The notes beneath the pieces were generated by a model. It did not search any database and was not told the origin of the DNA. It saw only the letters and a program-made list of their open reading frames with translations. A DNA stretch of 63,348 nt, filler included, from Octopus bimaculoides (lineage: Eukaryota): the NCBI RefSeq assembly GCF_001194135.2. It is 6 parts of 5 records of this genome, joined end to end, with 100 filler letters (N's around TTAATTAATTAA, not from the genome) between each part and the next. Parts side by side here need not be neighbours in the genome. Positions count along the whole stretch, not along the records: positions 28,779 to 40,140 come from NC_068988.1; positions 40,241 to 44,060 come from NC_068981.1; positions 44,161 to 53,556 come from NW_026394037.1; 3 more parts are not named here. One strand, written 5' to 3'. Positions within the stretch are counted from its first letter, which is position 1. Every line of letters starts with the position of its first letter. The position numbers and the translations under genes were made by a program. Positions 36,289 to 48,697 of this stretch are shown here, one piece after another.

Positions 36289-37626
36289 CAGCAGCAGCAG
36301 TAGCAGATCTGTTGAACCAAGCTACAATAGTTGCAAATGTCAAGGAAAAGCTATAAACCATCTCCTATCTATATATGACCTAAAATGTGACAATAACTGA
36401 TAAACAGACAACTGAAGAATCTACAAAATGCTGTAAATGGACTCATCAATATGAGATTGAGAAAATATGCTAAAGTCACATCGAGTTTCGCAAATAAATA
36501 AAACCAATATATTATGTCAGATTTATATGCAGTAATAAAATAATAAAGAAGACTATACATGCATAAACACTGGGACTGGATAGAACAGAATTGATACTGT
36601 ACAAAGAAATGAAAGAGGTAATTTAAAGGATATAATATGAAAGAGCTTGACTTATATCAAGGTCTGAATTATTATTTATACCAACCATAAAGTAATGAAT
36701 ATAAATTGATTAGTTATCCAAGTTATGAAATTATAAGTTTAGCCTAATGATTTCTGGCATAAGTACAGGTGGGGAAAGGCAGAGTTTCTGTTGATCGACG
36801 TCTGTGGTTGATTGGTACCGATTTTTTTTTAAACTATGGAAAGATAAACGCCAAAATAGGCATTGGCGGATTTGGAATATAGAACGATGGGGGACATGGA
36901 GGTTTATTACAATGCATTTTAGTCCAGCAGATCAGGGTGTTTTCAATTCATCATTCTTGAGAGAACAACATATTCACTAGCAAGAGAAGGAGCCATTATT
37001 TGTCGGTTGCTGGACAACTGCCATACTGATTACATCACACAGAGTTTGCGGTAAATTCGATGTCAAAACTGGTTATCAAACAAATTGAAAAGTTTGTTCC
37101 ATTATTCATTTACATATTTCTATCATTGGACTGCGGCCATATTAAGGGTACCAATTGGAAGGATTTAGTCGAACAAATCGACCTCAATATTTTTTTTTCA
37201 AAATCTGATACTTGTCCGTCGGTCATTTTTGCCGAACAGCAAATTTAAGGGAATGTAAACAAACCAACACCGATTGTAAAACGGTATAGGATGGCCTCCT
37301 GGGTGAGTGTCTTCTGCCATAGAGACGGGCCGACCAAAATCTTGTGAGTGAATTTGGTTGACGGAAACTGAAAGAAGCCCATGTGCGTGTGTGTGTGTAA
37401 CTTTGTGTTTGTCCCCACCACCATTTGACGACTGCTATTGGCTTGTTTGTGTCTCCGCAACTAAGCGGTTCAATAAAAAGGAAACGACAAGCTAAGTACG
37501 AGGCTTAAAAGTAAAGTAGTGGGATCGATTTATTCGCATAAACTCTTCAAGGCTATGTCCCAGCATTGACGTACTGTACAGATACGAACTTGAGCTAAAG
37601 CATGTATAATTCTCTATTCTTCCTTA

Positions 37627-37670
<44 letters not shown>

Positions 37671-37741
37671 TAATACTAATGTTATGTCAACTACTAAAGA
37701 ATGAATGAGACCTCGATATTATGTAAATAGAGGAATTTATC

Positions 37742-37896
37742 TGTAGTATAATATGTGACAATTATTCGGTTGCCATAATAAAACTCCGAGTTTTTTGATT
37801 GTCTTAATAACTGACGAGACGCCGGAGCAGTTTTCCGCCCCGACATCCGGAACTCGGAGTCTTATAATGGCAACCGAATAATTGTTATACATTATA

Positions 37897-37901
<5 letters not shown>
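37742..37901 (+). mobile_element. 160-bp element with ~50-bp inverted ends enclosing a hammerhead-like motif
   Basis: The left arm TGTAGTATAATATGTGACAATTATTCGGTTGCCATAATAAAACTCCGAGTT mirrors the right arm. CTGACGA lies at 37811, followed by a 13-bp imperfect stem and GGAACTCGGAGTC. Confidence 0.7.
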
Positions 37902-37949
<48 letters not shown>

Positions 37950-38754
37950 CTCTTTTATTCTTTTATTTGTTTCAGTCATTTGACTGTAGCCATGCTGGAG
38001 CACTGCCTTTAGTCGAATATACATACATACATATATATATANNNNNNNNNNNNNNNNNNNNNNNNNNNNNNNNNNNNNNNNNNNNNNNNNNNNNNNNNNN
38101 NNNNNNNNNNNNNNNNNNNNNNNNNNNNNNNNNNNNNNNNNNNNNNNNNNNNNNNNNNNNNNNNNNNNNNNNNNNNNNNNNNNNNNNNNNNNNNNNNNNN
38201 NNNNNNNNNNNNNNNNNNNNNNNNNNNNNNNNNNNNNNNNNNNNNNNNNNNNNNNNNNNNNNNNNNNNNNNNNNNNNNNNNNNNNNNNNNNNNNNNNNNN
38301 NNNNNNNNNNNNNNNNNNNNNNNNNNNNNNNNNNNNNNNNNNNNNNNNNNNNNNNNNNNNNNNNNNNNNNNNNNNNNNNNNNNNNNNNNNNNNNNNNNNN
38401 NNNNNNNNNNNNNNNNNNNNNNNNNNNNNNNNNNNNNNNNNNNNNNNNNNNNNNNNNNNNNNNNNNNNNNNNNNNNNNNNNNNNNNNNNNNNNNNNNNNN
38501 NNNNNNNNNNNNNNNNNNNNNNNNNNNNNNNNNNNNNNNNNNNNNNNNNNNNNNNNNNNNNNNNNNNNNNNNNNNNNNNNNNNNNNNNNNNNNNNNNNNN
38601 NNNNNNNNNNNNNNNNNNNNNNNNNNNNNNNNNNNNNNNNNNNNNNNNNNNNNNNNNNNNNNNNTATATATATATATATATATATATAGTTGGCTGCAGT
38701 CTCAAGGCTGAAACATATAAAAGAATAAAAGAATATGTGTGTGTGTGTAAATAA

Positions 38755-38795
<41 letters not shown>

Positions 38796-39469
38796 TATGC
38801 ATATATATGCATAAATATATACACATATGGACATACGCGCGCGCACACACACATTTCCCATGGAGAACCGCCCCAACCGCCTTACTTAGCTAAACACCCT
38901 ACACACAACGCGCTCAAACCTCCAAATTTTCACATGGTGCAGATAACAGAAGAAGTAACATACTATCACAACAGAACTCACTTTATAACCCAAACAATCT
39001 ACACCCGAAACACATTCATATTTCTTTCACTAACCTTACTGCGACAACCTCTTCCCTAGTCATTGACTCCAGCTCCATAAACTCCAGAACCGTAAACATT
39101 CGGCAAACTGTTTCCCATTTTTCCCAAGGACCTCCTACTAATTATCATCACAATGCACTCGCCCATCAACAAAGAAAACAAAAGCATTTATACAAACTTC
39201 AATAAAAGAACAATGGAATGAGCTACACTAAGATACAGAACGAAGGTCTTCAGTATCCAACAATAGTACAATAGCAGCGTAAACACTGCTGTATATACAT
39301 TAAAAAAATAATTACAGACGCATCTAAGATAACACGTCCTACGGTCCGGCTTGGAAAACTACAATCTCAGTTACAGACAGGAAATAGAGAAATTGATATA
39401 AACTATACCAGCATCCAAACATAATACAACAAAACTATACACGATCGAAATAAAAGAAGAAACAATACA

Positions 39470-39790
39470 TATCAGCAAGGACTGCAATTTTGAGGGGAGA
39501 TGTTGATCGATTATATCGATCCTAGTATTTGACTGTTAGCTTATTTTTAGCTATCTTGGAGGAATGAAAGGCAAAATTGACCTCGTCCGGGTTTGAGTTC
39601 AGATTGGAGAAGGCTGGGACAAAAGTAGCGTGGCATTCGATTCAGTTTTAAGAGGTTGGAGCATGCTGATTACATCGGTCCATTATATGAATGGTATCTT
39701 ATTTTATTTATTCTGGAGGGATGAAAGGCAAAGTTAACATCAGTAGAATTTGAACTCAGAACGTAACGGCAGACGAAATACTAAGCATTT
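39470..39790 (-). mobile_element. Tandem SINE B fragments
   Basis: Repeated GAAAGGCAAA.TT.AC..C and TTTGAACTCAGAACG blocks. Confidence 0.7.
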
Positions 39791-40014
39791 CGCCCGGTGT
39801 GCTAACGTTTCTTATTTCTTTATTGCCCACAAGGAGCTAAACATAGAGGGGACAAACAAGGACAGTCAAAGGTACAGGAAACTTATATATACATCATTCT
39901 GCTTAAATAATGGAACTGCAAATACAATATCCTTACGTATCTCACGTCTGTTTTCATTCCTCTACTTCATTCTGTGGTTCATATCTTCTCTATAATAACT
40001 ATTACTTAAACACC

Positions 40015-40062
40015 GTCTCTGATGAATGGATATATAAAATATCACAGAAACAGCTGTAAGAC
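40015..40062 (+). ncRNA. Minimal type I hammerhead ribozyme with intact core
   Basis: GTCT-CTGATGA-A-stem II (TGGATAT/ATATC.CA)-GAAAC-AGCT-GTA-AGAC. Helix I is GTCT/AGAC, helix III is the palindromic ACAGCTGT, and the cleavage triplet is GUA. Confidence 0.75.
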
Positions 40063-40240
40063 CTTCTCTTTATAAATGTTCTGAAAACTATTCACAGCCT
40101 TCGATTTTTTTTTATCTCTGTTAATTTTTATATACACACANNNNNNNNNNNNNNNNNNNNNNNNNNNNNNNNNNNNNNNNNNNNTTAATTAATTAANNNN
40201 NNNNNNNNNNNNNNNNNNNNNNNNNNNNNNNNNNNNNNNN

Positions 40241-40340
40241 ATTCGAATCATATGTATTCCAGTTCCTTACAGAAAATATAACAGAAAAGTCTCATTTTTC
40301 AATTGCATGTAACACGGGCAACGCCGGGTATCTCTGCTAG
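40241..40340 (+). mobile_element. Helitron 3' terminus
   Basis: Hairpin CGGGCAACGCCGG(G), a short spacer, then CTAG|T at 40337-40341. Confidence 0.7.
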
Positions 40341-43300
40341 TATATATATATATATATATATAATCGTTATTTTCACATTCACTTTTCCATATTTACATGG
40401 TTTAGATGGAGTTCATTGAGATAGATTTTCTTCCAATCAGTGCTCTTCCTGAAGCAAAATGATATTTCCCCATGGCTGGGCATGTTTTCGCAAAAGGTTG
40501 CAAATGGAGGATCTATTTAAGAGACATTTCTTTACAAGTATTGTTTCTGTCTAACAAATTCACTCACAAGGTTTTGATTGGCCTTAGGTTGCAGTAGACA
40601 CATAAGGAGACTTGCAATGGGACCAAAACACATGGCTGGAGAGCTAACTCGCCTATGACACAGCCCCACTCACACCCATATATATGTGTTTGTGTGTATT
40701 TAAGTGCATCTATATTTGTGTTTATATACATATGTACATAAGTGCAAATACACACACACACACACACTGCTACATTTGTCCTCACACATTTATATTTATA
40801 CGTGTGCATCCATATAATTATATATGCGTGTGTATGTGTGTGAGTGTGTGTACATGTGAAGGTATTGCTGTGCAGTCCAGAAGTTCAGTTTTCAACCACA
40901 TGGCTTTAAGTTCACTCTCATTTACAGCACCTAGGACATCTTATCACCACCCTTACTCATGCTGACCAATGCTCTGCAAAGTAGTATGGTCAGCTCAAGC
41001 TATGGTGAGGGAGACTTGCCAAAGGAGGCTGCAAATAGGACACACACACACACGCACGCATGCACTCACTCAGATACTTTCATTTTGGCCTGCATTGGCC
41101 TAGGTCATGTGGAATATATATATATATATAATATGTTTTATTAAAATGTATATATATATATTTGTTGCACAGCTGTGCGTGATAATCATAATACACTCTG
41201 TATTTATTACACACGCTAAACAAAACCTTTATTTCAAACAACAACAAAAAAATTATAAACATAAAAATAGACATGCCAGCATGAAATTACTGATTAATTG
41301 TTGCACGTTTTCAAAATGACCATGCACTTTCTCACAACTGGGGGTGATACTTTTCAGTGGCCTTAAGTTATGAGTTACCTGCAACATATGTATTGTTGTT
41401 CTGGTACTTTATTTATTGACCCCCCAACAAGATGAAAGGCAAAGTCAACTTGAGTGGAATTTGAACTCAGGATGTAGTGGCAGACAAAATACCACTAAGC
41501 ATTTCGCCTGGCATGCTAACAATTCTACCAGCTCGTCACCTTTCAATCAATCCTATATAACGCAGTATAGATGCCCTCTGTGTGCAGTAAAATACAGGTG
41601 GAATTTATGTTGAAAATTAAAGCCTGTCAAGATTAACGGTTTTCTGTTAACATATCCTTATATATATATGCACATACATCCCAGCCTCTATTTTGCCAAA
41701 ATGACCCTTTGTTATCTCCTCCATGAGATGCAATGTCTTGATCTCAGTCTTTACCATTTCATTCCGAATCTTCCTTAGTCTTCCTGTTCCTCAGATCCCA
41801 CTCACTTTTGGTGCTTGGTTTGTAAGGGACTAGGCAATCTCATTAGTGACTGTGCCTTTAAAACATACCCAGTACACTCTATAATGATTGGAAAATAGGT
41901 AGAGATATTATATACACATACACGTGTGTGTATATGCAATGTATACATATACAGATGTGTGTTTGTGTGCATTACATGTTTATGTATATGTGAATGTATA
42001 TCTCTTTGTATCTCTATGTATACATGTGTATATGTGTTGGTACATAATGTCTTACTGTTTGCTTTCAAAGTAATGCATTGATTTAGTAAATAGCATATTA
42101 TAGTTTAAATAACTGAAATAAGTTTTGAGTTGTAATATTTTTGATATGCTTTATTGGCTGGGAAGAGATTTCTAACTTACTCTTTCATTAACACTTATCT
42201 TTTTTATGCAATACAAGTTGAATATATAAATGATAAAATTCTGGAACTTTAAATACACAATAAGCCATGTACATGTATTGAGAGATAAGGGAATGGGAGA
42301 ACGAGATAACTAAAATTACAGTGACACCACACAGCCTCTCACTTCTTAGAATCCTCTGTCTTTTTTTCTTTCTCTATAATATCTTTATCCATTCACCATT
42401 ATCATCATGCCATAACAACTAACCGTTTCTTATATACTATTTGAGTTCCCTTAATATTAGACACATTTTACAAGGTTAAGGTGTGTGTAATGCTAAAGAA
42501 GTATGTGCAATAAACATATAGGTGTCTGTCTATCTCTCGTTTGTTCTCTCTCTCTCCTTCTCTCTCTCTCCCTCTCTCTCTCTCTTTCTCTCTCTCCTTC
42601 TCTCTCTCTCTCCTTCTCTCTCTCTCTCCTTCTCTCTCCCCGTATTTCTCACATGGTTGGGTCAGAGACAATGGTGCGCCAGAAATAAAATCCCTAAATT
42701 CCTTATATTCCCTTTCTATTAATGTAAAGACAGAATCTCTACACAAGAAAGAATCAACAAGGAGAATCTTTTTATAGAGAAATTCCAAATCCTTAACATA
42801 CAAACTCCTCGGTGACCATATTCCCTTCTCTCGCCTACCCAATGNNNNNNNNNNNNNNNNNNNNNNNNNNNNNNNNNNNNNNNNNNNNNNNNNNNNNNNN
42901 NNNNNNNNNNNNNNNNNNNNNNNNNNNNNNNNNNNNNNNNNNNNNNNNNNNNNNNNNNNNNNNNNNNNNNNNNNNNNNNNNNNNNNNNNNNNNNNNNNNN
43001 NNNNNNNNNNNNNNNNNNNNNNNNNNNNNNNNNNNNNNNNNNNNNNNNNNNNNNNNNNNNNNNNNNNNNNNNNNNNNNNNNNNNNNNNNNNNNNNNNNNN
43101 NNNNNNNNNNNNNNNNNNNNNNNNNNNNNNNNNNNNNNNNNNNNNNNNNNNNNNNNNNNNNNNNNNNNNNNNNNNNNNNNNNNATTTTTTTTAATATATT
43201 TTTTATATTTTTGTAAAGAACATTATTTTCATTTTCCCTCTTCTTGAAAATTTGCCATACAATGAAAGCCAGTTAGAAATCCTTTTTAATCCTCCTTATA

Positions 43301-44361
43301 CACATCTATATTAAAATATGCTTTCAGTTTAGCATTCTGCCTTATTATTATTATTTTTTTATTTTCCTATTATTTCTCCACGTGCGGTTAACACAACCCC
43401 ACCATTTACTGACTTATATATATATATATATATATATATATTGCATTCTATATTGTGTGTATTAGGTGTACGTATGTTTACATACATATTAATATGTTTA
43501 TGATGAGAAAGATGGTTTTGAAACAATGACTGAGGCAAGTTTGACATCTTGGATTGTCATTAACTTCAACAAGCTGACCATAACCACCCCAGGAGTTTCT
43601 TTCTTTCTTCCTTGTCCTTCCTATCTTCCTTTTTCTCTTTTTTTCCTTTCCCCACTTTTTTCTCTCCCTGACCAAGCCTCCAAAACTTCATTACATGCAT
43701 ATACTTACACATGCATGCATAGAGAGAAAGACTAAATGTTTCTATTTTTGGTTTTTGTTAAATACTATATATTAATCATTTAGAAATATTTTTAGGTGAG
43801 TGTTGTTTCAAAAATGTAAGTTGTTTGTACAGTAAATATTTATATTTTAGCTTTCTTTACGCAGACAATATTTTAATGTTTCTTTAAATTATTTTCAAGT
43901 GAATACTATTACAAAAAATTTTTTTTTGGCATATCTAAAAAATATTCTAAAGTGAAAATGGCTTTAAAAATATGGTAAATATTTCGTAAAAGACCCCTTT
44001 GTAACCTGTGTGCAATAATTTTTTCCGTAAGTTTTTTTTTAAGTCTATCCTACGTATCTCNNNNNNNNNNNNNNNNNNNNNNNNNNNNNNNNNNNNNNNN
44101 NNNNTTAATTAATTAANNNNNNNNNNNNNNNNNNNNNNNNNNNNNNNNNNNNNNNNNNNNTATATATATATATATATGTATATATAATATGATATATCTA
44201 TATATATACACACACATAAAAGTACACACATAATTTTTACATAGGCGTATATACATATAAACAAATATATAGACATATGTACATACACAATGTTACATAG
44301 AGTTATGCATACATATACCATACATGCTCTCACAGGTAGCAGATACGTACATACACTCGCA

Positions 44362-44402
<41 letters not shown>

Positions 44403-45344
44403 TTACTCTTTTACTTGTTTTAGTCATTTGACTGCGGCCATGCTGGAGCACCGCCTTTAGTCGAGCAAATCGACCCCAGGACTTATTCTTTGTAAGTCTA
44501 GTACTTATTCTAACGGTCTATTTTGCCGACGTAAACACACCAACATCGGTTATCAAGCGATGTTGGGGGNNNNNNNNNNNNNNNNNNNNNNNNNNNNNNN
44601 NNNNNNNNNNNNNNNNNNNNNNNNNNNNNNNNNNNNNNNNNNNNNNNNNNNNNNNNNNNNNNNNNNNNNNNNNNNNNNNNNNNNNNNNNNNNNNNNNNNN
44701 NNNNNNNNNNNNNNNNNNNNNNNNNNNNNNNNNNNNNNNNNNNNNNNNNNNNNNNNNNNNNNNNNNNNNNNNNNNNNNNNNNNNNNNNNNNNNNNNNNNN
44801 NNNNNNNNNNNNNNNNNNNNNNNNNNNNNNNNNNNNNNNNNNNNNNNNNNNNNNNNNNNNNNNNNNNNNNNNNNNNNNNNNNNNNNNNNNNNNNNNNNNN
44901 NNNNNNNNNNNNNNNNNNNNNNNNNNNNNNNNNNNNNNNNNNNNNNNNNNNNNNNNNNNNNNNNNNNNNNNNNNNNNNNNNNNNNNNNNNNNNNNNNNNN
45001 NNNNNNNNNNNNNNNNNNNNNNNNNNNNNNNNNNNNNNNNNNNNNNNNNNNNNNNNNNNNNNNNNNNNNNNNNNNNNNNNNNNNNNNNNNNNNNNNNNNN
45101 NNNNNNNNNNNNNNNNNNNNNNNNNNNNNNNNNNNNNNNNNNNGGGGGGGGGGGCAAACACAAACACACATATACATATATACGACGGGCTTCTTTCAGT
45201 TTCCGTCTACCAAATCCACGCACAAGGCTTCGGTCGGCCCGAGGCTATAGTAGAAGACATTTGCCCAAGGGTGCCACACAGTGGGACTGAACCCGAAACC
45301 ATGTGGTTGGTAAGCAAGCTACTTACCACACAGCTACTCCTGCG
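44403..45344 (-). mobile_element. SINE A spanning a gap in its central microsatellite
   Basis: Tail at 44403 and head at 45344, with CpGs retained. Confidence 0.9.
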
Positions 45345-46899
45345 TGGCACAGGTAGTTCGATCCTGTCAAGCATAGATATGGCTTGAACAGATAACGCAA
45401 AACAAATAATTCTCTATCAATAAAATTTATTAATCAACCAATGTTGTACACTTCCTCCCATGTCCGATTAGATAGAAATTCCGATAAAGAGACCGCCTCT
45501 ACACAACTGCGATGTATATGAAAAAAGTTGCTAACTATGAGATTATAAACCGTTGGGTGCAGGGGATGGAGTAGGTAAAATTGCAATATTTATGTTTCCA
45601 TGGGAAACCGAACGGAAGTTACGCAACATAAAGTGATTAATACATATATGCCCAGCTTCCTTCTTCACACACACGCGCACATATGCAGATACACGACTCG
45701 CTGATATGTCGTACAAAATTCATTCACTACGATCACCATTCTAGACTACTTAACCACCATTTAAACTAAACGGCTTGACAATCTTTGTTTTACACTTTCG
45801 ATGGTTTTTAAGGTTTCAATCGTTAAACCATTCGTTAATTCGTTTGGTGTAAACCGGGTTCTTTCATCTCTACCGTTCCATCATCTGCACTTCGTAATGA
45901 GCTCTCACTTTCCTATCCTTTCAACAATCTCTCCTCCCGCCGTCCCTTGACACGTTGCTTTCTACGTGATCAGAAATGGCAGAATCGTTAGCGCGACAGA
46001 CAAAATGCTCGTGTGTGTTCATATAAGTATTTGTGTATATAGCAGGGTAAATCGTATTTGACGATTCTGCGTAATAAACAAACATAGCGGTCCGATCGAT
46101 AGACATCGTTAAAGTTATTACCAGGCTCAAGTACTTGGGTCGATAGGATCGACAGAACTGGAGTTGTGGGCGGTAGTGCCCCAGCATGGCCGGAAATCAT
46201 ATGACAGTGATCGATCGGTAAGTAGCTGAAAGCCTAGACGAGTGCTCACCGACATAACATGTATGCATTCGTACATTACACGCACTTCGGAGCATTAAAT
46301 AATCTGTGTGTGTGTGTGTGTGTGTGTGTAGCGCAGAAGTGGCTGTATGGTAAGAAGCTTGTTCACGGCGCCGGGCAATGCCGACACGCCACTCGAAGAG
46401 TGCCTAGAGAGGGCGTGGGCGTTAGTGAAAAGAGGTTGCAGATATGGGGGGGGGGGCTAAAAGCCCCAGTGAAGTATATGAACATTTATAAGAGGCTTGT
46501 TGCCTCATATAAAGAGTTAGAACATTTGTGTTAATAATTTGTTTTATAAATTTGACCGACTTGTATTGGACAAAGTTTTAGAGAGGTTATCAGTCGGCGG
46601 GCGCTGGTGCCTCTCCCATTTTCATTCTTTCTTGTGTACTCATCTTCATTCATTAATGTCCGTGTCCAGTCCGTAGCTTATTTATGCTTGTTTGTCTTTG
46701 TTTGTCCCCTCTATGTAACGCCGTATGGCGAATTTTTTTTATGAAATAAAGAAGCTTGTTCACGTAGAAGAATCTATACATTTTCCGATGACCATTCAGT
46801 GACGTCGTCATGGACCAATCTTCTCAAATAAGGGCCGCCTAAACTTCATGAATAGCAACAGGAGGGACCATCGTTGGATTTAATAACCATGCGACGTCG

Positions 46900-47550
46900 G
46901 GAAAGTATCTAGATACGACGTAACACGTCATTATTTAATACGACGTCCTGATACGTCATAAAAAAAAGGTGTCATAACTTGACATGAAACAGACGTAGAT
47001 AAGTATGTCGTAAAATGACGTCGTAAGATAAGTCAGAAAACTGACGTCATAAGATATATTGTAAAAACAGACGTCGTTAGGTATGTCATAAAACATACGT
47101 CGTGAGATATGTCATAAAACATACGTCGTGAGATATGTCATAAAACAGGCGTCATGAGATATGTCATAAAACAGGCGTCGTAAGATATGTAAAAAAAACC
47201 CCAGATGTTATGATATCATAAAATTGAAGTTGTAAGCTGTCGTACAACGGGCGTATTAGGATGTCATGAAACAAACGTCTTCGTATATATCATAACACAG
47301 ACGCTGTAAGATGTCATAAAACTGACATCGTAAGATATATCATAAACCTGACATCGTAAGATATATCATAAAACAGGCGTCATAGTATGTGTCATAAAAC
47401 AGACGTCATAACATTTCATTGACATCGTAGGATGTCATAAAACAGATGTCTTAAGTTGTCATGCAACAAACGTCGTCAGATATATCATAAAACAGATGTC
47501 GTTGTGTATGTCATAAAACTGACGTCGTAAGATGTGTCATAAAACAGACA
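46900..47550. repeat. Degenerate 24-26-bp tandem array, consensus ATGTCATAAAACAGACGTCGTAAGAT
   Basis: Near-perfect 26-bp units at 47083-47187 and degenerate units either side. The unit is two related ~13-bp halves. Confidence 0.9.
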
Positions 47551-47925
47551 TAGTATCAATGAACGGCATGGAGACATGTGAGTTCTTTAGAAATTACATT
47601 TCCTTGGATTAACTCAAGTAGATTAGTAACTAATCTTATATTGAAAGATATGTTAATAGGACAGAGGTTAGGTGACAAGTTTGACTTTTTGGCATACGTG
47701 TCACACACACGCACACACACACACACACACATACACACATACAAACACACATCCACATATATGTGCAGTAATAAATTAATCATAATGTATGTAGGCGTAT
47801 GTGTATATATGCATAGATAAACGTATAATATTTATGTATACACGTATACGTACTTATGTATCAACACATACATACACACAAACACACACAAACACACATG
47901 AATAAGATATACTAAATACGTATCA

Positions 47926-47958
<33 letters not shown>

Positions 47959-47994
47959 CATACATACATACATACACGCATACGACACACATTC

Positions 47995-48210
47995 ATGCAT
48001 GCATACGCTTAGTTTTAGAATGGTGGCAGCTGATGAAGGAAATGTTCTCTATGTGGCCTCTGTGTTTTCTGTACTCTGTTTATCATTTTGTCCATGTTTT
48101 TTTTTGCAACGTCCTGTACCCAGACATGCATCTATATATACATGTAGATGTAGGTATGTACATACATGTACATACATAAGCATATACTCATATATTATTT
48201 GTATTACATA
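47995..48210 (+). mobile_element. Repeat 'B' second copy
   Basis: Reverse complement of 12430-12645. Confidence 0.7.
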
Positions 48211-48250
48211 CATACAAGCATACATACACACACACACATACATACATACA

Positions 48251-48286
<36 letters not shown>

Positions 48287-48632
48287 TATATATACACAAA
48301 TACACGCACATACATGCAACGATGGGTATGTACAAAAACGCATAACACAGCTAAAGCCGTTACATAAGAATCACACGTCACATGATCAATATCCGCCAAT
48401 CGGAAATCAAAAAGAAGTTAGCCATGACACTTTGTCGATCGGCGCAGTCTTCAGTGCCCCGTATGCCTCACCAAACCACACCACAGCACAACCGCCTACA
48501 CACACCGATTGCAAACATGTTCGTTCATGTTTCGAACCTAAGCTATATATTATTATATCTATAGTGAGAGATAAGTATGGGGCTGAATAATTGAAAGAAA
48601 ATTTATCTTGACCTCAATTTCTGCGGTACGAT

Positions 48633-48697
<65 letters not shown>

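Noticed and set aside
38860-39450. A/C-rich stretch resembling a LINE endonuclease region
   Set aside because: It is too degenerate to confirm any catalytic motif by eye.
42651-43350. Minus-strand ORF GRREKGIWSPRSLYVKDLEFLYKK.. as a host exon
   Set aside because: It is interrupted by a gap. Loose similarity to L1/Tx1 RT motifs (WLSLYGK upstream, K.KG-like block) makes a decayed LINE equally likely, so it could not be called.
46900-47550. CRISPR-like periodicity
   Set aside because: The units are contiguous and degenerate with no unique spacers, there are no cas genes, and the context is eukaryotic.
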